DNA of 64,000 bases, taken from NCBI GenBank assembly GCA_044892525.1, contig CM097887.1, positions 20,522,001 to 20,586,000 on the forward strand, read 5' to 3'. The stretch is from Schmidtea polychroa (taxonomy: Eukaryota). Position 1 is the stretch's first letter, and every line of letters starts with the position of its first letter. Both the position numbers and the translations under genes were made by a program. Positions 38,201 through 50,685 of this stretch are shown one piece after another. Below the pieces are notes generated by a model. That model was not told the DNA's origin. It saw nothing but the letters and a program-made list of their open reading frames with translations, and made no database searches.

Positions 38201-38508
38201 CATTTTAACATTTTTTTTATATTTAAAATTACATGTTCATACTTGTACATACCTATACCTACATACGCAAATAATATAATTATATTTTAACGTTATGAAT
38301 AAAGGCGCCAGAAATCTGGAAGTTCGTTTTTAAATAACAAAATTTATGCATTAAATTTGAATTGAGTTCATAATTTTTTTAATATCAAAAATGCATTTGG
38401 ATTAGTCAGTACATTACATATGTATGAAAATGAAAAATATTATACGTGGCAGCGAAAATTTATCTGCGTGCCACTTTGGGCACGCGTGCCATAGGTTCGC
38501 CATCCCTG
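35245..38508 (-). mobile_element. Full-length but defective hAT SPIN/GTF2IRD2-like transposon, 3264 bp
   Basis: Perfect 16-bp TIR CAGGGATGGCGAACCT; TSD ATATAGAT/ATATAGAG. LDESTD, TTDGAPSM, HCIIHQE, FSSTYSCESLFS motifs. The VRWLSRG segment is deleted; one TAG and an N-terminal frameshift. Confidence 0.96.
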
Positions 38509-39355
38509 ATATAGAGGAACAACCTTATAGATTCTATATTGTTATTATTGTTAGTACATTTTTTGGCGGAGTTGTGCGGTTGCGGGTTACTTTGTGCAAA
38601 TTTAGTTTTTCATTAATATCTCAATAAATCGAAAATTATTTAAATTTTTAACCAACGTTTCTTATTTTGATGGGAACATTTATAATGATATCGTAAATAT
38701 GAAAATTTAAATATAAATATATAGTTTTTATTTTTTAGAATTACATTATATATTTTTTAAATTTCTTCAAATGTTGGTACAGTGACCGCTACCGTCGGTA
38801 TTTCCTACTTTTTTCTGTATTTGCTACTTGATTATAGTACTATAGTATTATACTACTCGTACTATAGTACGGGACCCGCGATCATGTAACAACGTCAAAA
38901 AACGTACTAGTACGTGTTCCGCATACAATGTATTAATACTAGCATTTTTATAAAATTAATTACAGTAAAGGTTATTATGAGTTCCATCGTATTTAACATC
39001 CCCATGACTTTATTATTACAGTAATTGAAAAGGACTATTTTTATTGTTGAAAATTATTTCGTTTTATTGATTATGTACTTCGCAACAAAAAATTTAATTA
39101 GTTGATATTACAAAAATTATTATTATTATAAAAAATGAAATTAACTTTATAAAATTATGGTATAAAATTTTGAGTCATCAATATTTTAAAATATCCAGTT
39201 TTTTCCCATAAAGGATTATTTAATTAAGTAAAAAAGTATTTATTTAAGTAATGTACTTGTTTAAATATTTCCAAATATTTTGACCTTTAAAATATAAAAA
39301 TAATTTTAAATAACTTAATAGTTACCTAATAAGTAAAAACTTTACAATTTTACTT

Positions 39356-40045
39356 ATGCGTGCTGTAATTCAAAGAGTTAAATCTGCTTCTGTAACAGGT
39401 ACACATAAAATAATATTAATATTTTTAGTTTTCATTAGTTGATGGCAACGTTATTAGTCAAATTGGAAGAGGAATTCTCGTATTTGTTGGGATATCTAAA
39501 AATGATTCTGAAAAAGATGTTGAATATATGTAAACTAATATAAATATATTTTATGAAGTAAATAAGTAGAAAATTAAAGATATATTTTTATAGCATTTAT
39601 TATTAATTTAAATTAAAAATAATCAATCAAATTCAATAATTTCATTTAAATTAGAATAAGAAAGATTCTAAATATTAGAATATTTCCTGAAGATAACTCT
39701 GATAAACGATGGCATTTGAGTGTAAAAGATCTAAAATTTGAAATTCTATGTGTCAGTCAGTTTACTTTATATACGGTATTGAAGGGAAATAAATTAGATT
39801 TTCACAATGCCATGTCGCCCAGAGAATCAAAAGTTTTCTATGAGAATTTTGTCGAGAAATTGAAGCGAAGTTATAAAGGTGATTTGGTTAAAGGTATGAC
39901 ATTGGATTGAATAGGAAATTCTAAATGACATAATCAAGATGGTGAATTTGGCGCTCTCATGGAAGTAAGTCTAGTTAATGACGGCCCAGTGACGATAAAT
40001 CTCGACAGTCGAGCCGACTCGAATAACCAAGGCGAAGGTGAATAG
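39356..40045 (+). CDS. DTD1: D-aminoacyl-tRNA deacylase 1, 4 exons, 159 aa
   Basis: Exons 39356-39398, 39439-39529, 39655-39893, 39939-40045 (480 nt; introns 40, 125, 45 nt). [25 protein letters not shown] and NDGPVT (Gly-cisPro) motifs. Confidence 0.96.
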
Positions 40046-40170
40046 TTATTTGGTGATAAATAAATGTTGACTTTCTTATTGATTATTATTTATCAATTTC
40101 GTATTAACCAAACGGGAAATGCTTGCTGATTAAGTTTTTTGTTTCTTTTTTATGGATTTATCTCCTTGTC

Positions 40171-41368
40171 AGTCAAGTCAAACTCAATTATTAGCGTACG
40201 AGGTGCCGAAGTTCTTCTTATTTTTATAGTTTTAGCTTAGCTAACTGGTATTTGTTTTTATTGATTAGTTAATTTGTATTTTCTATATATTCCTGTCTAG
40301 GAACAGCTAATCGATTTTATATTACTATTCGTCTTAGCATCATCTATCCTTCCAATATTGTTTCCTCGATAAAAATTAATTTTTCCAAATATTTAATTAG
40401 TTTGTTACACAGGATTGAATTCAGTATAATTACTGAATATTTGAACTTATCCCTTGATGATAATTTAAGGAAGCTGAAGGTAAATATAATAATGTCACCG
40501 ATAAGAAAAAATCGGCGTATATGACAAACAGAGCGAACCTTTAGTTAAAGAAAACAGTATGCGAAGAACCTCAAACGAAACATAAGAAAAGAATGAAAAG
40601 TGAAAGTACATGATATTTTTAAAATTTCTCTCACCACATTAAGTCTTATGACAGAAGTTTGATTGCTTCTCCGACTTAAAAGTTGTTCGCTCTATTTGGT
40701 CAAAAAATGTTCAACATGTGCTGCAATATCCAAATTCGGTTTTTTACACTGTAAAACTCTAAATGGTGCTTTTAATGGATATTTTGTGAAATTTTATAAG
40801 AACTTTTCAGAAAATTAAATATGTGGCATTTCATAAAATGGTAAATGTTTGAATGGTTGCAGTAGGTAGTCAAGCCAAACTCAATTATTAACCTACGAGG
40901 AGCCGAAGTTCTTCAAAATTTTTATAGTTTAAGCTTAACGCGTTGGCATTTGTTGGTTTTATTGATTAATTAATTTGTATTTTCTTCCTAGTCCTATCTA
41001 GGAACAGCTTATCGATATTTAGCATCAACTATTCGTCTTGGCATCATCTTATCACCCAGTCATATTTGTTTCCTCGATAAAAATTAATTTTTCCAAATAT
41101 TTAATTAGATTCTTAGAATCGAATTCAGTATAATTACTGAATATCTGAACTTATCCCTTGATGATAATTTAGGGATGGAGTGCTAACTTTAAGCTGAAGA
41201 TAAATATAAGAATAAGTCACCGATAAGATATAACTTGCGGATAAGACAAACAAAGCGATTCTTGATTATGTAAGAGTTAAAAAGACAGTATGCGAAGAAC
41301 CTCATAAGAAAAAAATGAAAAGTGAAAGTCCATGATATTTTTAAAAATTTCTCTCGTCAGATTAAGTC
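40171..41368 (+). repeat. Diverged direct duplication (40171-40645 and 40868-41368) separated by an IS630-like fragment (40646-40859)
   Basis: Long shared blocks such as CTCGATAAAAATTAATTTTTCCAAATATTTAATTAG and CAGTATGCGAAGAACCTCA. The spacer matches 42094-42344. Confidence 0.85.
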
Positions 41369-41786
41369 GAACATAATTCCACTCGCGAGATGAAAAAAAA
41401 TATTTGAATGGTTAAAAAATTGGTAGAGATTTTCATAAAAAGTAAGTTACGTCAATGATATAAATAATTAGATTGTTTAAATATTTCTTTTTTAGTATTT
41501 TCATTAAATATAATTATAGCATTTCGCACTTAAAAGGATATATTATAAATATTATAAATAAAAAAAGGATTTAAAAAATTAATGAATCATTAATTATGTC
41601 TTTCGATTATCATTAATTAATACAATTTAACTGTGACCAAGCATATTATTTTTGTTGTCATGCCAGAAACTATTATAGGAAAGAAATAACAAAGAATATA
41701 ATAAACCAGTACAAATCACAAAAACATATATCAAGTGTTTTGTTTTTAAAATATGAGTAAGTGAGAATTAGAACATTTTTTTAAAT

Positions 41787-42340
41787 TTGGTAAAATTGAA
41801 TAAATTAAAAGAAGAATTCCAAAAGTCGAAAAAGATTGCAGTAAATATTGAAAATTTAATTAAATCCAAAGTTCAAACGGATGTCTCAATTACATTAAAT
41901 CAATTAAAAATACAATTCAAACCGAGAAAGGGATTTGTATTTCGCTACCTTCTCAATCGAAAAGTCGTTAAAAATTTTTAATTATTCGTTTAAAAGAGTT
42001 TGTTTGGTACCAGAAGCAAAAACTACAAATTTATATATTGAAGAAAAAATTATTTTTTGATGAAATGAGCGTTAGTTGCTCTTCAAGAATTTTTTATGAC
42101 AGAGGTTTAATTGGTTCTCCGACTAAAAAGTTGTTCGCTCTATTCGGTCAAAAAAAAGTTCAACATGTGCTGCAATATCCAAATTTGGTATTTTTACACT
42201 GTAAAACTCAAAATGATGCTTTTAATGGATATTTTGTGAAATTTTATGAGAACTTTCAAAAATAATGAATAAGCAATGTATGAACAAATTTAGAATCATC
42301 ATGGATAATGAGGCGTTTCATATAATGATAAATGTATGAA
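41787..42340 (+). mobile_element. IS630/Tc1-like DDE transposase remnant
   Basis: HTH-like TLNQLK, then FFDE, AFNG..F..F and IIMDNEAFH, frameshifted. Confidence 0.65.
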
Positions 42341-42371
42341 TGGTTGGTGGAACGAAGTTTCTGGACGACTG

Positions 42372-43280
42372 GACTTGATCATCTGGTAGTTCATAACTCT
42401 TTCCAAACAAGCATTTCTTGTTCAAAAACATGAGCAATGTAATAAAATTTTTCTCTAATATCTCGAACAATTTCTTTTTCAGCAGTGGTTGTAAAACTGT
42501 ATCCTGTCTGTCATAATTTTCATTAGATAATTAGTTAATTCTCTTCCGGCTAAACCAGGGCTGGGGAACCTTTTCATTTCAAAAGGCCACATTCACTTAT
42601 CTGATTTAACATAAGGCCGCAGTAAATAAAACGTTAACCCCCCCCCCTATAAACTATTTATTTTAATTCACATTATAAATTAGCCAAAACGCAATTTAAA
42701 ATAATCTTTTATGAAAAAAATATATATTTACAAATCTAATTTATTATATTGTATATTGTTAAAAAAAATGTTATACATACATAAAACATAATACATATAT
42801 ACATTGTACATCATTAAAAATATTTGTTAATGTTTCATTTTATCAACTTTTAATAGCACAGATTTTGAAATAATAAAGAAAATAGCACGGATTTTATTAT
42901 ATTTAAAAAAAATAGCTCAGTTTTTCTTAAAAACAAAAAAATAGCATAATTTTCCTTAAATATCAAAAAATGGCTCAATTTTTCTTAAAATCATAAAAAC
43001 CGAGGAGTATAACTACGAATAAATAAAAAGCATGTGAAGCGGCATATGCATCATAAACATTTTTTCTCGATCGCATAAAGTGAAACCACGCAAAAAATTA
43101 CCAAAAAATAAAAAAATCGGTATTACTCAAAAGGCCGCACTAGAACAGCCAAAAGGCCGCAGGTTCCCCACCTCTGGGCTAAACCAATTCTACAAATAGC
43201 ATGAAAAAACCATATACTTCTTAAATTGGAATAGAATGTGTCCCACTATCTCAGGCATCTCTCTTATCTGAAACAATCAT
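42372..43280 (-). pseudogene. ACT: Actin pseudogene fragment interrupted by a hAT MITE
   Basis: After removing the MITE: [62 protein letters not shown], with stops, frameshifts and a deletion. Confidence 0.88.
42556..43176. mobile_element. hAT Buster/Charlie-type MITE, 621 bp
   Basis: TIR CAGGGCTGGGGAACCT / AGGTTCCCCACCTCTG with perfect TSD GGCTAAAC. AAGGCCGCA subterminal motifs. Confidence 0.95.
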
Positions 43281-43684
43281 AAAATTATACATACATTCCA
43301 GAAACAAAATATATATTCACCATTTGCAAATAAAGTACAAACTCAACTACTCTTATCTGCACTCAGGCAAGAAGAAGTGCGCGCACACAGCTGCGAGTAG
43401 TGAGTCAATCATATAGGGTTTATTTAAGAATGAATTCGATAGCATTCGAACTCTTTAAAAAATTTTTAAAATAAATCTAATTTATAACTTCGAAATAGAC
43501 TTGAGATGACTTAGGTATTTGTTAATACTTTAAACTTCGTATCATAATAAATAAAACAATAAGAGGTATAGCGGATGTTACATAGCATTATACTACAGGT
43601 TTGATTCAAAAGTTCTTTTTTTTCAGAATGGAATGTCTGAATTCTTAGTTAATTAATTTTTTACCGTGCATTCTACAATAGTTT

Positions 43685-44509
43685 TGTTGGGTATTTTGTG
43701 TAAGTCGGTATTACTGTCTGACTCTTTGGTGTTCTTCTCAAAATAAATAAACGACCCAACACAAAATATTTATTTAAGACAGATGTAGTTACACTTTAGT
43801 TACACTTTTTTATTAATTCAACCACACTTGATACAACCCTTTTTGGTCTGCGCTTTTCAATAGAATATCAATCTCACGCAGGGATAAATCTTCCAACGGG
43901 AGATGTCAATTTCTGGTACTTTCGATTTAAATTATTTATTTGCTACTAATTTTAACGTTTTCTGATCGCTCTCGCTGAACTTCTTGTTTTCGTTTTCTTC
44001 AACCAACTGGCAATTCTGTTTTCTTGCCGGTTGCTTTTATACCCATTTTGTAATTGATTTTATTTTGTCCAATTAGTCTGGATCCAACTTTCCCCCGGGC
44101 TTCCTCTTGTAGCTCTAATTCGCTTTATGGAAATTGCCCCTTTTCTTTGACGGCTCGCTTCAATTTGATTTTATTTGGCTAATTTAATTGCCTTTCCTAA
44201 TTTGATGGGTAATTCTGATTCTCTCAAATAGCTCGGGTTTCCCATTAGCTCGGGTTCTCCATTAGTTAATTAATTTTTGTTTTTTTGTAATTTATTCCTT
44301 CTAAGGACCACCAATTGATTTTATTTTATTATAGTTGAACTCGTCTCATTATTTAGCATCCGCCCATACTAGTTTCCCCTGGAAATATTCATTTTTTAAA
44401 TTTTTTTGATTTTTTAATTAATATTTTGTACTTTAAATTTTTACTGTGAATTTGGTGTTCTTATTGATTTTTCACCTCATTTTTGTGTTTCTCCTTTTGA
44501 ACCCCAACA
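43685..44509 (-). mobile_element. Solo LTR, Gypsy-like, 825 bp
   Basis: TGTTGGG...CCCAACA ends with 4-bp TSD GTTT. Minus-strand TATAAAAG at about 44034-44041 and downstream AATAAA. Close copy at 63581 onward. Confidence 0.8.
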
Positions 44510-44630
44510 GTTTTATTATTAATATATATTAGAATTTTCAAAATTTCTAAACATTATAAAATTATAAAAAATTAATTATAAAATTAAAAATTGTGAGGCC
44601 TATTTTGTTTATGTGGTACACAACATCCAA

Positions 44631-44709
44631 CAATGGGCAGATTTCAAGCTGCGATAATTCTTCGAGTAAGGCATCAACAAGCTACAAGGAAGATGGCAAT
44701 GATGCATTT
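44631..44709 (+). mobile_element. mariner transposase C-terminal remnant
   Basis: FFE*GINKLQGRWQ*CI resembles F..GI.KL..RW.KCI. Confidence 0.5.
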
Positions 44710-44884
44710 ATCACATTGTGTAAAGTTGATGATTAGACAAATTAATGTTAATCATTTGTAATTGAAATATCGGCCGAAACATTTGAGCCAAACTGGTACA
44801 TATGTTTTGCTTTTCTTTGATTGTATTATACTTTATTGGAGATGCATAAAAAAGTAAATAAATAAAAATTAAAAGTTGGGGTAA

Positions 44885-45630
44885 TGTTGGGGTAGTGTAA
44901 AAAACACAAAATAAAACGGGAGTAGAACAAAAATCAATAAAAATTACAAAATTGCAAAAGTGTAAAAAATTAATTCAAATTTATAAAATGGAAAAATTAA
45001 TTTTAATCGGAGGAAATGGGTATGGCTGAACGCTGAATCACGGGACAAATTCAAAAACAATTATAAAAATTTAATGAGGGTCCCTAGAAAAAGTTATAAC
45101 AAAGTAATTAAAAATTAATTAATCGCTAATGAAAAGCCCGAGGTAACTGGAAATCCAAGCAAGGAGGAAAACCCGGAGCGCACTTAGACCCAAATAATTG
45201 GGAAGTTAAACGAATTGACAGATAACTACCGAGATAACAAATAATCCATCCCATAACACGTGAGAAGAATGTCAGTAATCCCCCCAAAGGATTAAAATAA
45301 CGGAGGGATAGATGTTCGTAACCTCCTGAGAAATTAATGTCGTTTAGAAAACTATAAATGGAAAAACTGAACAGAGACGAGTTGCCAGTTGGTCGAAGAA
45401 ACAAAGTTAGCGAGAAACTACAAATCAAGAGATTTCAATAGAAACTAACTCAATTAAATATAGAGCAAATTTATAACTTATCGTACCAGAAAGGTGCAAA
45501 TCGAGTAACTATTTGTAATTGTGATACAGTTCGAATAAAATTGTTCTGTGTTGAGATTTTGTTATTTGATTGGAGAAGAACAAAAGGAGTCAGAAACTAT
45601 TCGACTTGTTAAATATTAACCCCACACACA
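44885..45630 (+). mobile_element. Older, diverged LTR of the same family in opposite orientation
   Basis: Its reverse complement aligns by eye along most of 43685-44509 (TCTGACTC, CTTTCTGGTAC, CCAACTGGCAA, CTCGGG, TCTA.GGACC). Starts TGTTGGGG; no TSD seen. Confidence 0.65.
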
Positions 45631-48600
45631 AAAGAACTGAAAACACATGTCCCACGTGGTATAGAGAAAAGGTTGCGTTAGAAAGTTGCTGCAACCTAGT
45701 TATGTTTTAAACTACATCTTTAAAAAGTAAATTCTCGAACTAAAAAATTTATTTCATATCATTTATAAACCTTGCATTTAAAAGTGTGTTTGAAGTCGAA
45801 ATTTTTTGTAAATAATAAACAAATAATTTGGAGAATTTTATTTCAGAAAATTGACTGTTGGCATTAAATGGACATAAATAACATTGAATGGCATAAAAGT
45901 TAGTATGAATCAAATTAAAATTAATTAAAAAGTAATTAATTGAATAACAAATCTGCGAATAAACATGTTTCAGAGGAAAACTTAAAACAAATGATATTTA
46001 AAAAAGCAAATTCTTATCACATAAATTCAAATTCCAAACGGTCCACTTAAAAATTCAAAGTAATTAATTAATTAAAAATTTGTTTATATCATCAAGCTTA
46101 ACAACATGAGAAAACAAAAATTAATTTTGAAATTCAAAAGATTAAAACTTAAAAAACAAAAAAAATTATATTCATAAAAATTAGATTGATTATCAATAAA
46201 ATGTCAATAAAGTGTAAATAATAAAATGTCAATATTACAAAACTAATTAATAAAGTCAATTATATTTTACGTAAAGAAAATCAGCTGATTTAAACTGGTC
46301 ATTTGACACTTTGTCATATTTTATTTTTATATATATATTTGTCATTCTAATTTTCCAATTTTCATTATTTTCCAAAACATTAATCTTTTAATTTATCAAT
46401 TTAATTAATTTAAATAATTAGTTGATATTTTTACATCTACACGTCTTAGGGATTCCTTTTCTATTTGAAAATATTTTATATGCATTTAATTTTATAAATT
46501 ATTATCTCTTGTCCAAACTAAAATGTATTAATTTTTTAAAAATTTAATTGAATCAATTACTTTTTAATTAGAATTTAATTAATTCCTGACACCTCGATTA
46601 ATTATTGATTTTTTTTGCATTAACATTATTTTATATGCAACTCCTACACTATTAAAAAATGTTTGACTTTATACATAGTTATGACGTCTGTTGGTAAAAA
46701 TAGTTTTACAATGAAATATAATTAATTTTTGAAAATACAAAATAGTCTTAAAATATTTATGAATGAATAAGTTGTGAATTTATATGATCAGCTGATGTGA
46801 TCAGATTGTATGACCTGCAGACCTTGAAGCAACGTCATTTTTAATTTTAAATCAATTTGTTTTTCTAAACTTTAGACTAAAAATACTTGCACTTTTAATA
46901 ATTTGATTTTAATTTTGGCAAATAAACAAGTTTTTCAGTCTTGATTTTTATTTAATAGATTGGCAGTTATTTTTATGTTTGATCAGTTTAATATATAATA
47001 TATAAATCACTTGAAAAAGGCAGTGCCAAAAATTCGTGAATATCAAAAAAAATCGATATCTTTATTGATTGATAGTAAAAAAATTTCTATTAAATGCAAT
47101 GTCAATTGAAAAGAAATCAGAGGTGAAAATTGAAAAAAGTTCTTATATATTCATGCGTGCACCCGCGATTTTTGCTTGGTGGTCTCAATTTCAGAATTTT
47201 TTTCTAACCAGTTCAATACCATGAACGCCAAATATATATTGCGACCAAAAATAATTATAATGCCTTGTATGCCGAATCTTTCTAAATAATAATCCACGTA
47301 CTTGCAATTAAAAAATCGAAGTACCAACTTTATAACAGAGTTGGTGTTAAAATTATTTTATAATTATTATAATTATTTTCGATTAACGAATATTTCAGGA
47401 TGTCTATTTGTTGCTCATTTCACGTGATGATAATAAATCACGCGCGAAATTTTATATGAATTAAAGGTTAACAAATTAAAATTCTAAACTTTTGACAAAA
47501 ATATTGTTAGTGTTGTTAAATTTAAAATTATTATAATTTAATATAATTAAAATGGGAATATTGGAAAATTCAAAATCAATAGATCAACAAATCATCAAAT
47601 TAAAATTTGAAAAACCGGTTAGATGCAAATGAGATAATGGAGAAGATCATGGCGAGAATGGATTTATCAGAATATCTTCAGAAAGGGTTGAAATGCAAAG
47701 AAACACAATAAAACAGAAAATCATTAATTAATTAAGGGACACCTGAGTTAAGCGAACAGATGTTGGAAAACTATTATCATGAAAGCGTGAGTAATTGGGA
47801 AAATAGGAAAAGATTTTCACAAAGGAGACATACGATTAATTATTTCTTTCGACGACAAGAAAATGAAAAAGGCCGCGAAATAAAAATTATCAAATAGAGA
47901 TGACTTAGTGAAATGCAATTAGTAAATGCGATTATTTCAACTATATAAAGAAACTCAAACTTAGAAACAACCGGCATTTGACTCAGGTAGGTACGAACAC
48001 TTTGAATGTAGAATTAAAGAAAAGATTAAAGACAGAATTAACGAAAGAGAAAATAAAAAGATCAAGTTAAGTCAAAGGATTAAAGAAAAGAGGTGATTAT
48101 TATTGTAGAACGTGCAGAACCAAATCGGTCACAGCAAGATCTATCGATTAGTCAGAATAGATTTTTCAAAATTTGTGAATTGTAGATTGTACTATGCCTA
48201 ATTTTAATGAATAAAAGTGATTAACATATATTTAATATAACATTATATCCAATTTATCAAAAAAATAGCGAAAAAAATTTTGTAAAGAAAACGATGAAAA
48301 AACATTATAAGATTTATAAGATTATTTATAAATTTAATATTTCTTTAGAATTTCAGATATTTTCATCAGTATACTTATAACGAACACAAATATCTCATTG
48401 TCTGGTTTAGGAAATATTTTCGTTATAATAACTATAAGTGATAATTGAATATTCAAAACAAATTAAATTCTTTACATTCTAAATGGGAAACACTACCTTT
48501 TTGCGAAGGAGAAGAGCTGGCGCATGATTTATGAATTTAAAAAGAAATACTTAAATAAACACGGTAAAGATTTTATTAACAAAAATCGCCATTCGTACAT

Positions 48601-50685
48601 CTTTTTCACTATATATTTCGATAGCATCACTATTATCATCAGGTTACCTACATTCACTATGGATGAATAACTATACTATATTAATAATTTATAAATTAAT
48701 TATAAAATCTATAAATTTTTAAATTATAAATAACAATTTCAAATAATTATTTTTAAAAATAATTTTCAATAATCAATTATTTTATACTTTTAAAATTCTT
48801 TAAAAATTTTATTTTAATTATTTTTTTTATTATTTAACATAACTATTATCCAACATACATCAACATACAAAAACTTAACTAAAAACATTCAATAGAGTGT
48901 GATATGTGAAGCATTATTGATAAGAACTTTTAATCCTAAAATCAATTGTACGTATGGCAATTTAAAAATAATTTAAATTTTTTACAGTATTTCACATCTT
49001 TCTTTTTAAACTATTATTTTTGTTAAATTTCAAATATTCAATCCGGTTCATCTATCTCTTTTGATTTCGTGGAGAAAATATTGAAAATCGTAAATTTTAT
49101 TAAAATTAATCTTACATTATATCGAGATAATTCCAAATAATTCTGAAATAATTTTTAATGAAATTTCTAAAAAATCTGAAAACTAATTAAAAATCGATTA
49201 TAATGCAAATGTTGACAAAAATTAATGTTTAAGAACTTAAAATTAATACACCTAACTGCGAAAGTTAACATTGTCTATAATATACGTTGGTGTGCACACC
49301 AGTTGAGGCGAGTCACCATTTACATGACAAAACGATTTTTGAATTTAAGTAATTTTTAGGACTTGAATTTTGATTTTATATAATTATGAGATCATTATTC
49401 AAGCTTTTATATATTACTGTTAGTCAGCATTTAACATTGATAATTAAATTTCAGGTGTTTTTTAGGAATTTCATGACATTTTATTTGGATTTATTTCGTA
49501 AAAATGTAAATTAGATATTTTTATAATTATAAATAAATAAAGTATTCACTAAACATTTATTTTTTAAGACATTTAGTAAAGAATTGATAAAATAGTTTTT
49601 TAAGTTTTTGTAATCTTCTTTCGAATTTTGTCTTTTTCTGTAATTCTATGAAAATATTAATTTGTTAAAATAATTTATTAAAATTTACGATTTGCGATTT
49701 TTTCTCTGCAAATTCAAAGATGTCGAAGGACCTTCTACAATGTTTGAAATGCTACCTTCACACAAAGGCAGAGTTTGCCAAGAAATATCTGTTATACTGT
49801 AAAATATTTTAATGAATAAATCTTACATTGTCAGATCTTCAAATATCTGTAAATCTAAAGAAAGTCTATATTCTAAATTATTTTATAATTAAATCTTACG
49901 TATTAATTTTCTTCTTCTTCCCTAAAGCTCAAGGTAGAGCAGTCGGAATCTGATTCAAAAGTTATTTTGTGCATAACTTTTTATATAATTTGAAAATATT
50001 GATATGTTAACTATATATTAATCAATGTTAATTTCGCAAAAAAACACTTTATTAATTTTGTATGTAATTTTCATTATGTGTGCTGTGGTTGTATGCTTAA
50101 TTATTTTCTCTCACTTTTTAGATTCGCAGCATTAAATTTTTACACACAGGTAAGTTTGTGTGTTCCTATAATATATATTTATCGATTTTTTTAGATTATA
50201 GAAACTTTTAAATTTTGGATTTAGGTGTATTTATTTAATTTTCTCCTAAATGGTGAGTCACCAATAATTGGTGTGCACATCAACATGTAATGATTGGTGT
50301 GCGTTGTCTAATTGATTCAGAATCAGAGACACCGAGTTTGATATTTATTTTATATGAAAACTCAAAAATATACAAAAAAATATTATATAAATCATAAATA
50401 GTTTCTTATTTTTAAAAAGTTATTTTTCTCTCTTGTAAAACCTCAATCACAATTTCCAAATAACTGAATTCGTATTTTTCTTGCTGGAATTTTTCATTTG
50501 ACAAAACTATTAAATAAATGTCACCTCAAGTCCAAACTGGCAATTATAAAAATTGAAATTCAGAAAAAATATAAAAAAATATGATCTGTGAAAGGCAGAA
50601 TTGATCCATCGATTTTGGTGGAATTTTCCAATATCATATTTATTGATTAATCTAAATAAATTTAGGTATTCCATTCACCGGGATC

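Noticed and set aside
45126-45428. 100-aa ORF
   Set aside because: It lies inside the diverged LTR and has no protein motif.
47590-48150. Purine-rich stretch resembling decayed gag or another coding sequence
   Set aside because: No diagnostic motif in any frame.
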